DNA of 64,000 bases from a virus, in IMG/VR virus record IMGVR_UViG_3300042868_005339, one strand, 5' to 3'. The number at the start of each line of letters is the position of its first letter. Positions within the stretch are counted from its first letter, which is position 1. A program made the translations under genes and the position numbers. The notes below the pieces were generated by a model. The model worked only from the letters and a program-made list of their open reading frames with translations. It had not been told where the DNA came from and did no database searches. Below are positions 41,569 through 52,400 of this stretch, one piece after another.

Positions 41569-42374
41569 AGCGTTTTACATCAACACTGAAATGGACAGAT
41601 CCATGGTTTCGCCGTCTTTCGGCAAGCGCAAAGATGCTTTGGTATTATGCCCTGGATCACTGCGATCACATTGGAATCGTTGAGCTTGATCTCGACTTGG
41701 TTTCTCATGATTGCGGAATCAAATGTAACGATAAAAGTGTTTCAGAATTGGGAGACAGGATACAGGCCATTGGTGGCAATCGTTACTTCATTCCCAAGTT
41801 CATTGGCTTCCAATATGGCAAGCTGAGCACTGCATGCAGACCCCATGAAAAGGTGATTGAGGCCATCAATACCCATGGATTGGTGCTCACACCGAGCGGT
41901 TATCGGTATCCTGTTGCCCAAGAAGTGAAGGGTATTGATAGGGTATCTGAACTTTCAGAAGGGGTATCTGGGGTTTTTAATACCCCTCATGTACAAGATA
42001 AGGATAATACAGGACAAGAAGAAGATAAGAACAAGAAGAAGGGAACCCTTTCCGATCTTCAAGATTTCTGTCGCAACAACGGCTTATTTCCACGGGATGC
42101 CGATTACCTCTGGAATCGTTGGGAATCCAACGGATGGCAAAATGCCAACAAGCCAATCAAGGACTGGCGTGCGACGGTCAGGGCATGGAAGGCTCAGGGA
42201 TACCTGCCAAGCCAAAAACAATCGCTTCCAACGGATGTTTGGGATGAGCCAAGATCACAGGAGCCAGACATCGACCTCATGGCCCTTATGCTTGAGAATC
42301 GAGCCAAGGCCATTGCCAAGGAAGCCGAGGCATCAGAAGAGCCATCTCTCACCAAGGAGTCCACATGGAGCTAA
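41565..42374 (+). CDS. Putative replication initiation / replisome organiser protein
   Basis: N-terminal WFRRLSASAKMLWYYALDHCD and C-terminal NGWQNANKPIKDWRATVRAWKAQGY, directly upstream of the primase-helicase. Confidence 0.45.
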   Translation: MKRFTSTLKWTDPWFRRLSASAKMLWYYALDHCDHIGIVELDLDLVSHDCGIKCNDKSVSELGDRIQAIGGNRYFIPKFIGFQYGKLSTACRPHEKVIEAINTHGLVLTPSGYRYPVAQEVKGIDRVSELSEGVSGVFNTPHVQDKDNTGQEEDKNKKKGTLSDLQDFCRNNGLFPRDADYLWNRWESNGWQNANKPIKDWRATVRAWKAQGYLPSQKQSLPTDVWDEPRSQEPDIDLMALMLENRAKAIAKEAEASEEPSLTKESTWS

Positions 42375-44122
42375 GCGTTGCTCAAATCAGCGAGCGATTA
42401 GCCGCTCAAACACTTACAGTATGCTCAATGCTGCTTCCTGGTGGCAAACTGGTGCATGGCAAGGAATGGGTCTGCGGAGACATCAGTGGCAAGCCGGGAG
42501 AAAGCCTCAAGGTTTGCGTTTACGGGCAGTTTATGGGTCAGTGGCAGGATTGGAGCAACGACACCGATAAGGGCGATCTAATCGACCTGTGGCGCTGCGT
42601 GAAGGGTTGCACGCAGGCTGAAGCCATCAAGCAGGCTAAGCAGTGGCTTGGAATCGTTGATGCAGTAAAAATCCAGGAGCAGAAGAGATACGCAAAACCT
42701 CCAATTATCAAATCTGAGATTCTCCATAACGATGGAGGAGCGATGAAGTATCTGCGAGAGAAGAGGGGTTTGAGTCCAGAAATTGTCAAGGCGCTCAAAA
42801 TAGAAGGCAGCAGAGAAAAGCAGGCGATTGTTTTTCCGTCGTATTCCCCTAGTGGCGAATTGATCAATCGTTCATACCGAACACTTGGTGCCGATAAGAA
42901 GGTTTGGCAGGACAAAGAATGCGCCCCATCGTTATTTGGCTGGCAATGCCTCTCACAAGCGTCGTACACGAATCGGGTGGTCTTACTCTCAGAGGGGCAG
43001 ATCGACTGCGCTACATGGCTGCAATGGGGCATTCCAGCCCTTTCTATACCAAATGGCACTGGATGCTCGTGGATCGACTATGAATGGGATAATCTCGCCC
43101 CATTTGACACGTTTTATCTGGCTTTTGATCAAGATGAAGCTGGAATGAAAATAACCGAGACTGTGATGGGCAGGTTGGGCAAGCACCGTTGTCTTATTGT
43201 GGCAATGCCAAAAAAAGACGCCAACGATTGCCTTCAAGCTGGATACACATCGGAGGATGCTCAGTCTTGGATCAAAGCTGCAAAAGCTCCCAAAATCAAA
43301 AGGTTGGTAACCGCCGCTGAGATGGAGACGCGGCTTCTTGCGGAAATCCAGTACAAAGATGAGGCGTTCACGCTGCCGATGTTTGCTGGAAACTGGCCTC
43401 ACACTGGCTTCTATTTCCGTCCAGGAGAGGTAACCCTTTGGGGTGGATTCTCACATGCTGGTAAATCAACGATGCTAAACTTTGTCAAATCATCGCTGCT
43501 TGCCAACCAGACGAGAATTTTTGAAGCCTCCATGGAAATGAAGGTTGAAACAATGCTTAGAAAGCTGGCTAAAATTTTCCTGAATGAACGGCTAACAGAC
43601 GAGACGGCCAAGCAGTTTGTGCGAGGCGTTGGTGAAAACCTTGTCTATGCAGATGTGGTTGGCTCCATGAAGCAGGCTGAGTTGATGGAAATGATGTGGT
43701 TCTCGTTTCGGCGTTATGGATGCACGCATTTCCTTATCGACTCGCTGATGCGAATTCAAGACCTTGAGGAAGATTATCCAGCGCAGGGTGAGTTCTGTAA
43801 TCGTCTGCAAGACTTTGCCAAAGAAACTGGCGGGCATGTGCATTTGGTAGCTCACCTTGGTAAGCCGTCACAGGCTATAGATCGACCATCCATGTATTCC
43901 ATCAAAGGCTCAAGCCTATTGGTCAACAATGCAGACAATGTTTTGCTCGTATGCAGAAATCCTGACAAGGAGAAGCTGAGAAAGGCAAACAAGCTGTCGG
44001 AAGAGCAAGATAAAAACATGCACGACACAGAAATCATCGTTGAGAAGCAGCGAGAAACTGGATGGCTTAACACATTCAAACTTAAGTTTGATCCGATCAG
44101 ATTCACATATAGGAAGTTTTAA
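42365..44122 (+). CDS. Bifunctional primase-helicase (T7 gp4-type)
   Basis: TOPRIM (VVLLSEGQIDC ... YLAFDQDEAG), Walker A GFSHAGKST and Walker B HFLIDSLM. Confidence 0.85.
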   Translation: MELSVAQISERLAAQTLTVCSMLLPGGKLVHGKEWVCGDISGKPGESLKVCVYGQFMGQWQDWSNDTDKGDLIDLWRCVKGCTQAEAIKQAKQWLGIVDAVKIQEQKRYAKPPIIKSEILHNDGGAMKYLREKRGLSPEIVKALKIEGSREKQAIVFPSYSPSGELINRSYRTLGADKKVWQDKECAPSLFGWQCLSQASYTNRVVLLSEGQIDCATWLQWGIPALSIPNGTGCSWIDYEWDNLAPFDTFYLAFDQDEAGMKITETVMGRLGKHRCLIVAMPKKDANDCLQAGYTSEDAQSWIKAAKAPKIKRLVTAAEMETRLLAEIQYKDEAFTLPMFAGNWPHTGFYFRPGEVTLWGGFSHAGKSTMLNFVKSSLLANQTRIFEASMEMKVETMLRKLAKIFLNERLTDETAKQFVRGVGENLVYADVVGSMKQAELMEMMWFSFRRYGCTHFLIDSLMRIQDLEEDYPAQGEFCNRLQDFAKETGGHVHLVAHLGKPSQAIDRPSMYSIKGSSLLVNNADNVLLVCRNPDKEKLRKANKLSEEQDKNMHDTEIIVEKQRETGWLNTFKLKFDPIRFTYRKF

Positions 44123-44172
44123 AATCCCACTTGCATCCCAACCAAAAACGGACGTATAGTTAGACACCGAAT

Positions 44173-44385
44173 ATGAAAACCATTGATGAACTGGAAAAAA
44201 TGCTACTCGAACTCTCATGGGTTCTAGTTGATGATCGCCTGCCAACCAAAGAAGACGCCCTGCGTCCGATGAACGGACGAAGCGCGCTGATTACCAGCAC
44301 CCACCACTGCGTAGCCGGTCTCCCGGCGAGTCACATGATAGTTTTTAGCCATCTTCTTGGTCTCCTATTTGCAATCCCTTTATAA
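44173..44385 (+). CDS. DUF551-like N-terminus, probably disrupted
   Basis: LSWVLVDDRLPTKED resembles DUF551. The remainder is GC-rich and not protein-like. Confidence 0.35.
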   Translation: MKTIDELEKMLLELSWVLVDDRLPTKEDALRPMNGRSALITSTHHCVAGLPASHMIVFSHLLGLLFAIPL

Positions 44386-44496
44386 AGCCTAGAATTGGGC
44401 TTGACCCCCACTGGCTGATCTTGCAGAATCGGTGCGCTTTGAACCAACCTGCTACCAGGAGGGTGTCTCCAGCAAGGGACACCATCTGAAGCAAAG

Positions 44497-44539
44497 GAGC
44501 CGGTTCCGGTTGCACCCGGAATCGGCTTCTCTGTTTTGG
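44497..44539 (+). terminator. Hairpin plus T-tract
   Basis: GAGCCGGTTCCGG-TTGCAC-CCGGAATCGGCTTC followed by TCTGTTTTGG. Confidence 0.5.
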
Positions 44540-44607
44540 AATTCGACTTTCCATTGCTCCAAAATGGATGTTTACAAAAGATGGTCAAGGATATATTTCT
44601 TTAAACC

Positions 44608-45687
44608 ATGACCACCGAAGCCCCCGACATCTTTTCTAAACGGCTTCGTCAAGCGCGAGCGATGAAGGGTTTAGCCCTGAGAGGATTAGCAGATGCGATT
44701 GGCGGAGCGGTCTCTCACACTGCTCTTGCCAAATATGAAGCAGGTCAGATGCAGCCAGACTCCACTGTTTTGATCAAGCTCTGTGACGCACTGGATCAGG
44801 TGCCTGATTATTTCTTCCGCCCATTCACCATCACCCTCCAGGATGTTCGATTCAGGAAGAAGGCTTCACTTGGTGTGAAGGCTGAGCAGGCGGTTCGGGA
44901 GCGAGCCATGGAGTATTTTGAGCGCTACCATGAGATCGAACAAATTGTGGATGCCCCCAGCAAGTTCCCTGGCCGGTTATCAGGGCCTAGCATCAAGACT
45001 CCTGAAGCCGCTGAAAAGATGGCGGATGAACTGCGCAAGGAATGGAAGCTCGGACGAGATCCACTGCCGAATGTGATCGAGCTGATCGAGTCACATGGCA
45101 TCAAGGTGTTTGAACTAGCAAATGCTGACCAGGATTTTGACGGATTCTCTGCTGAGACTGAGGCTGGCCCTGTCATCGTGCTGGCTGACTGGCTGAATGT
45201 GAACCTGCTGAGGAAGCGCATGACTGCCGTTCATGAGCTGGCGCATCTTGTCTTGCCTCTCGCCAAGAACCTTTCCGAGAAGGAGGAGGAAGACATTGTG
45301 AAACGTTTCGCGGGTGCATTGCTCTTGCCCAAGGAGAGCTTTGAGCAGACTTTTGGAAAGCACCGGACCAGTTTGAGCCTGGGGGAGCTGATCGAGATGA
45401 AGGCTAATTTTGGTGCCTCCATCTGGGCCATCATGATGAGAGCACGACAGCTAGGACTCATCGGCGAACAGGTGTTCTTGCGCTTCTGCCGGGAGGCGAA
45501 TGCTTGGCGTGCTCAAAAACGTGAACCTGGTGATGACCTGTATCGTGGAAACGAGAGCCACTCCCGATTCAAACAACTGGTTCATCGTGCGGTCGCCGAG
45601 GAATGCATCAGCGCATCGAAAGCTTCAAGCTTGCTCGGGCAGACCATTGGTGAGTTCCGAAAAGAGTTCCGGGAGGTGTTTTCCTGA
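44608..45687 (+). CDS. XRE HTH fused to ImmA/IrrE (COG2856) zinc metallopeptidase
   Basis: N-terminal LRQARAMKGLALRGLADAIGGAVSHTALAKYEAG and central HExxH AVHELAHLVL. Confidence 0.8.
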   Translation: MTTEAPDIFSKRLRQARAMKGLALRGLADAIGGAVSHTALAKYEAGQMQPDSTVLIKLCDALDQVPDYFFRPFTITLQDVRFRKKASLGVKAEQAVRERAMEYFERYHEIEQIVDAPSKFPGRLSGPSIKTPEAAEKMADELRKEWKLGRDPLPNVIELIESHGIKVFELANADQDFDGFSAETEAGPVIVLADWLNVNLLRKRMTAVHELAHLVLPLAKNLSEKEEEDIVKRFAGALLLPKESFEQTFGKHRTSLSLGELIEMKANFGASIWAIMMRARQLGLIGEQVFLRFCREANAWRAQKREPGDDLYRGNESHSRFKQLVHRAVAEECISASKASSLLGQTIGEFRKEFREVFS

Positions 45688-45692
45688 CGGCA

Positions 45693-45815
45693 ATGAAGAT
45701 TGCAGTCAAAGACGCCTGTGTGTTGATCGACCTGATCAACGGAGGTCTGATTGGTGCCTGGTTTAAGCTTGGCATTGAGACATGGACGACAGATCCGACT
45801 GACAATCAAGCGTAA
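45693..45815 (+). pseudogene. Truncated PIN-like (DUF3368-type) gene remnant
   Basis: MKIAVKDACVLIDLINGGLIGAWFKLGIETWTTD matches the first ~35 aa of PIN-like proteins. The ORF stops after 40 codons, 18 nt before the convergent gene. Confidence 0.5.
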
Positions 45816-45833
45816 GCTCAAGCAGAAGTTATG

Positions 45834-46481
45834 TTACTTCATCCAACAAGGATGATCTGTCGGCCACTTTTCACGAAGCTCAGGCTCGTCCATGGCATCT
45901 TTTGGGCACCAGCACTTCATACGAAGATCGCAACTGCAAATCTGGCACGTCTTCAACAACGGATCGCTAGGCGTATGCCGACTCGTTAAGAACTGGTTGA
46001 TATGCCCAACAAGGCTACGAGTTGAGCAACTAACACAGAACTCCACAATTTTGTCCGTGTTCTTCGGGCAAGTTGCACAAATAGCCGCTCTTCGATTTGC
46101 TTCTTCTTGATCCACAAGCTCGCCAGCTAAGTACGGCTTGACTGCAGAGTTGTAGAACCGCTTCATCATCTGAAACGCTCCAATTTTAGCCTCGCTATCA
46201 GGATCGCGCTCGACACACAAGTCAGGACGATGCTGGCAAAATGCTGCTTGCATGATGAGGCCAAGATTCGCTGGAATCTCAATGCCATTTCCCTCCAGGT
46301 GCTCTTGAACGGATTTCGCTAGATCACGCCATCCGTATCTAACGAATACCGTGTTTGTGGCTTCAACGTGGTAGAAGAATCCGTAGGTATCACCCGTGAT
46401 AACAGACGTTGGAAATAACTCACGCAGCTTCGCGTGGTTAAATTCCTTTGGGATGGTATTTTTGCGGATGAGTTCCTGCAT
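45834..46481 (-). CDS. Hypothetical protein with C-terminal Cys cluster
   Basis: CATCPKN...CVSCS...CQICSCDLRMKCWCP. It starts 1 nt after the stop of the giant gene. Confidence 0.6.
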   Translation of the reverse strand: MQELIRKNTIPKEFNHAKLRELFPTSVITGDTYGFFYHVEATNTVFVRYGWRDLAKSVQEHLEGNGIEIPANLGLIMQAAFCQHRPDLCVERDPDSEAKIGAFQMMKRFYNSAVKPYLAGELVDQEEANRRAAICATCPKNTDKIVEFCVSCSTRSLVGHINQFLTSRHTPSDPLLKTCQICSCDLRMKCWCPKDAMDEPELREKWPTDHPCWMK

Positions 46482-46482
46482 G

Positions 46483-49400
46483 TTAGCTTGCTGGTGTGTA
46501 GCCTCTATAGACCTTCTTTAGCACCCTGTCGCGCACGTCGTCAGCTTTGTCCAACAGGAATGCTTTGGCGCGTTCTGTGGGCATCTGGAGCGCACGCTGG
46601 CCGTAGCGTAGGAGCATCTGCTTGTAACCCTTTCCTGTTTCGAGGCTGTAGTTGTCAGCTTCTTCTTGCGTGAGGGAGCGACGACGAGCGCCTTTGCCAA
46701 CCATGCGGTGTTCGGCATTAGCAGGAGTCAGCCAGATTCCACGGGAAATGAGAGCGCCGAGAACCTTGTAAGCTGGATCAGTTGGTTTCACCATGAACTC
46801 GCGGCTTCCAGGATACACATTGCGTTGGATTTGCTGGCCCAAGATGTCGTAGTACTCCTTGCCTTCGTAGCGACGATAAACAGGAATGTGTGAGGCTGTC
46901 TTCTCCCACAGTGTTTCGTATTTACGCAGATTTGGATCTTGCGCGTAGTCGATGTCCTTCAGGAATCGAGGAACGAAACCGCCAGCGTAGCTCGACATCA
47001 CCTTGGCAAAACGCTCCATGCGCTTCTCGTTGGGGTCTTTACTGGACAAGCTGTTGCCGAATAGCTCTTGGAACTGAGAAAGAGCAGGAATATCAGCGGC
47101 AGCAGCAGCACCAGACATTGCGGCACTTGCCATAATTTGAACCACGTTTTTGTCGTTCCATTGGTCTGGTGAGAAGCGGATTAGATCAGCCAAGCTACCA
47201 ATAGCTGCAAGCGCAGATGAAATGGGCCAGTTAGCATAACTAAATACTGTGTCATTGTATCCAATGGTGTACTCCTTCTCGCCAGCGGCTAGCTTTTGCT
47301 GCTTCTTTTCCGGTGTAAGGTTTCCCCATCCTCCGTTGATAAACAAGCCGCCTCGTTTTTCGTCATCTGGTTCTTCTGCAATAGCTTTAAGTAAGTAGTA
47401 GCCACCAACGGATAGTATCACTCCAACAAGCTGATTGCGTTGAATTGAGTCAATGAATGCTTCTTTTCCAATGATGCGATCAGGATCAAATTCAGCCTCG
47501 AATGCACGAGCGAAACCAATGCCCGGAATGAAGCTCAGACCTTGGTTGAATTTGTTTCCAGCGAAGCGTGCGAAGCGAACACCACCAAAGTTGGCTACAT
47601 TATATGCAGAGAACTGCATAAGATAGGCGAATGCCAACTCAAGTCCAGAAAGAATCCTATCGCCATTCTGTGCTGAGTCACTCCATCCGCGTTGAGCTTG
47701 CTTTAGGAATCTATCAGAACCAGCTTCAGCATTGGTCACAAGCGATCTGATCGCACGATAGCCGACACCTCCAAGTCCAGACGGTTCAAGCGTCATGGCA
47801 CCTTGCATTGCCATTTGGTTAGCGTTCTCAGACACTTTGCCAAACTTATCCAATTCCTTCATCATGTCTGCCAAAGCGTAGGAATCCACGATTGCCTTAT
47901 CATGCAATGATTTTGGAGGTGTGCCACCGAAGTCTTTCTGAATAATGGCATCCTTGTAAGGCTTCAGGTCCGATTTCTTCTCAAGTGCTGCGATCTTTTC
48001 TGGATCGAGTCCAATTTGTCGGAATACGATGGAAAGCGAGCCTTCCTTGGTTAGTCCGCCATTGAACACGTCAAGAGCTTTCAGCAAACGGCTAACAGTC
48101 CGCATAAACAAGCCTGCGCTCTTAACGAGAATCTTATCAGACTTCGCCATTTGCTCTGCTAATTGGTTACTCTTGCCGATATTTGCCCACTGCATGTTCT
48201 CAGTCACATCATTCATGGATGGATCAAGAAACACTGGATCACCCGTCACAAGGTATTGCCAAGCGATGTTGGCTTGACGACCAAAAGCACTCAATAATCG
48301 AGCTAACGTCTTGTATGCGCCAGCAAGCTCAGATGGAAGCTGCTTTGGATTGGTAAATCCAGAGATGAACACGCGAGACAATGCCGTGGAAAGCTCGAAT
48401 GCACCGCTGGCAACAGCCAAGCCGATTGAGACGATAGTATTTGGACCAGAGAGCACACTGGAAACCCAGAAGTCAGCGATCATCTTTACCACTGGAATCT
48501 TGAGTTCGCCTTGCAACACCTCAAGTAGCTTGTAAGCAGCAACTTGGCGCTTCACAGCGTTCAAACCTTCGTCTTGAAGAACCTCGATAAGCGAATTTAT
48601 CTTCTCACGCTCCGTCTCGGTGAACTCGGACTTGATGCCAAATTTCTCAGCTATGATCTTCGCGATTTCATCGTTGTCGAAGATGCCAAGGTTGATGTCC
48701 TCAACGATACGCATGCGATTTTCCTGAAGAGCTTTAGCAGCTTTTTTGCTGAGATTACCCTTTGCCTCTTGCTCACGGATCAATCGCTCCTGCATGCTGT
48801 CGAGAATGCGTTTACGCTTGGATTCCCATGCTTCCGCGAACAAGTCTGCGAGACGTGCTTTTTGCTCTGGCGTTGCGTTCTTGAGTTCTTCGTTGGCAGA
48901 GATGGCGTCAAAGATACGCTGGCGGTATTCTTCGACTGTCTTTGCGCTTTGCGAGAGGAGCTGACGCCAAGGGATAGGCGTCCTAAGAGGAATTTCCTCG
49001 CCACGGCGCATGTTGTTGATCTCGTTGATCATTCGTTGCAGGGCTTTGGGGCCTTGCAGAATGTTGAATGCAGCCATTGCTTCGAGATCAGTCTTTTCGC
49101 GTTCAGCAGTCTTGAATAGGCGTTCAGCCACATCAGGTGAAACATCCAATTTAGCGAGGCGTTCAGCAAACTTTGATTTCTCAACTGGATCAGAAACTTG
49201 ATCCTTGAAAGCCTTGTTAATGGAGTCACCAGACGTTGATTTGGATAGGTCTTTGGAACCTTGGCGCAACCTTTCCTCAGTAGAGTAAATAAGTCTGGAT
49301 GCTTGTTTGTCGGCAATCTCAACTCGGCGCTTCTCGATTTTGAATTTCTTCATTCGAGCCAAGTCGGAACGCTCTCTGGATGCGGTTAGGAATAAGCGTT

Positions 49401-52400
49401 CAGAAACCTCTTCACCAACCTTGAGCGCGCCCAGTCGTTCTGCGAATTGCTCAAATGATACAGGGTTTTTAACCTGATCTCTAAATGCTCGAATGATGGA
49501 GTCTTTTTGCTCCTTTTTTGACATGCCTTCAGGTGGATTCTTGAATCCTTGGCGATACAATTCCTCAAAGCGATAAACAATTTGAGATGCCTTGTTTTCG
49601 GCAATCTCAATTTCGTTGGCGATCTCTTCTGCTGTTGGCTCAATAGGTTGACCTTCTGCAACACGTTTCTCCACCGTGTCGATGATCTCCTTGCGCTTCT
49701 TGCGTTTTTTCTTCTCTGTTGGCGTATCGGTTGGTGATTCCTCTCCAAGCAACTTGCCCATAATGGAGCGAAATTCAGCCAAGTCTTTTGCCTCTGCCGC
49801 ATCCGCTTCCTCATCCGACATTTGCAGAATGGCGTTAAGCTCGCTTCGCTCTGCATCTGTCATGGATGCCTTGGCATTTGCTACCTTCATATCCTTGCGA
49901 CGTTTGTAGAAAGCAAATCTACGAACCAGCATCTTTGCCCTTTCCCACAAGGTCTTATCTGCACCTTCAAATACCTGTTCACCTTCTTTGATTAATGCCC
50001 ACTCATTATTGTTGACGACATCCTGAGCTATCTCATCCACCGCCTGCTGATTGGCCTTATCAGAATTCTCATACGAGTTCTGCGTGAGGCTAGTCGCATT
50101 CTCGCTTCCGAAGTTGGAAATAAGGATATTTGTTCTTGCCTCCTTCATCACCTTCTCTGCGATTTCACGAATGAACATCCAGCTATAACGAGCTTTGTTC
50201 ACAAGATAGCGTCGTTGCCCAAGGTGTTGACCTTTCTTGCTACCCACGCCTTGCCAGAATGCAGATAGGCGCTCGCTAAGTTTGGATAGTTGCTTCTTTC
50301 TATCTGGAGACTTCGCCTCGCGTGCAGCGTTGTCCACACGTTGACGAACTTCGATAGTGAGGGCGTCTTGGGCCATCAAGTCTTGCTCAATGCCGATGCT
50401 TTCAAGGAATGCCGGGGAGATGACTGAGTTGGCAATATCATCAAGCGAAACGCCTTCATTCTCAAGGTTGTTGACGTATTTGATGGCATTATCGCTGTAT
50501 TCTTCAGAAGATTTGATCTCGCGGTCAATTGGCTTGAAGTTTGTGAACTGAACACCTCCAAACGGAGCCTTAGTTGTGCCACTGTTGATGTCCTTAATAT
50601 TCTTCGCGAACTGCTTGGTTGCAGCGTCTTCAGGATCAATCATAGATGCCCTTGCGCCAGTCTGCTGATAAGCCATCGCCAGCATCATTTCAGTCTCGTT
50701 GATACGATTCTTGAGAATATCGCCAAACTCGCCAGCCTTTGCAGGAGCGATGGCATCACGAATCTTTTGTAGCATTTTCATCACGCGCTCAATGAAGCGG
50801 CGGAATAGCGATGCTTCCGAAACTGTTTGGTGCATGTCTTGCTGAATCATCTGGCGCACAAACTCGGACATCACTATGCTGATGTTGCCATTTGGAGATG
50901 AAAATAGCTCATCAATGTCACTTGGAGTTGCGCCTGCACCGTAAAGTTGGCGAGATGCTTGAATCGCATCAAAAAGTATCCGTGTTGCTTTTACTGGATC
51001 ATTGCTTGATGCCACAACCTCCCTCATTTCGTCCAACATGGATTTATCGCTGTCGATGGCAAATTCAGTAAACGGCTTACGCCTTCCGCTGGCAATCCAT
51101 GCCTCACGTTGAACTGCAAGATCAGCCGCATGAATCAGTTCCTCTACCAAAGCATTGCCAATAGTTTCAAAAGCACTCGCCTCATCTAGGCCGAAGCTGA
51201 TTCCAGCCATCCGCTCACTAAGTTGTGCGGCATTGATGAGGATGGTTGTGGCCCCATTTTCATCCGCCATAACAGCCAGTCCACCTCCGATGTCGTTAGA
51301 AACTTCCTGAACTCTTGCTCCAATTCTGGACGCAATTTGAGCATAATCGGCAAAAGTGTAGCCACCACTTGCCATTCCCATGTCAGGTCTGGCCCCGGCT
51401 TTCCCTTCGCGATTTTCCCCTCTTCCTGCAATTGCCTCACGATTTCTAGAAACTTCTGATTCGACTCTTTGTGCTTGTGGTATGACTCCCTGTACTCCTT
51501 CTGGAAGGCCATCGAAGAGTGGTGTCCCGCTATCAGTCTGTCCAGCCCGGCCAACTCCAGAACCTTGTCGTAAACCTCCACCAAGTCCGGCCTTTTTGCC
51601 GGTGTAATTATCCATATTGGCTTCACCAGAGCGGTCCAATTGAATTGGTAAAGGGATTCGCCCTCCATTGGATATAAAATCCCTGAGTCGAGTAAGTACT
51701 GTATCATATAATTCTTGGTTGATTCCTCCAGATGGAGCCGGATTCGCAGCAGACATACCACGAAGCATGGAAATGACATCATCCTTAGTCATGTCGGTAG
51801 GCGGCATGATAATCGCAGAGCCAGCGCGTTCGCCTTCGGTGGTGAATGTAGCAAATGGAGACTCACCTTCAATCAACAGCGCCCCACTGTCCTCATACAG
51901 CCCTTGCAGGATGCGGCTGAACTCGGTTTCCGTCAGATCAGGCATCGACTGCTTCACGATGCTGAAAAGCTCGTCTAGCGGCACCGATGGACCATTTGTC
52001 TTCGGAGCAATATCGTATGCTGCGCGAATAGTAGAACGCACTTCCTTGTCGCGTTCGTCGTAGTCAGTGTTGCGAGCTACTTCAGCGCCACTGTTGAATG
52101 CGGCATCATTAGGGGAGTCGTATTCGACTTTGGATGCCATTGGCTGTGAGGCAGATTCCAACTCGTTCATTAGCGCGTTAACTTCGCTAATCTCGTCTTG
52201 TAAACGCTTGCCAACTTGGCCGTTTTTAGCCATTGTAAGAGCGGTTTTAAGAGCATTCGTAATATCAGTCAGCAATGCCTTCATCGCCTCAACAAAGCGC
52301 ATCCATCCAGTCTCGGTGGTGAAGTCTTGACGCTTAAATTGAAGTAACTGCCTGCCAACTTCCATAGCAAAAGCTGGTGCGTTTTTAGACTGTGCTAAAC

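Noticed and set aside
41935-42570. 211-aa alternative-frame ORF across the replisome-organiser/primase junction
   Set aside because: It is Arg/Pro/Ser-rich and embedded in two genes that have recognisable motifs.
44386-44607. Hairpin-rich gap considered as an attachment site or tRNA fragment marking a prophage end
   Set aside because: It has no tRNA-like arms, there is no integrase nearby, and phage genes continue on both sides. It is better explained as part of an internal insert.
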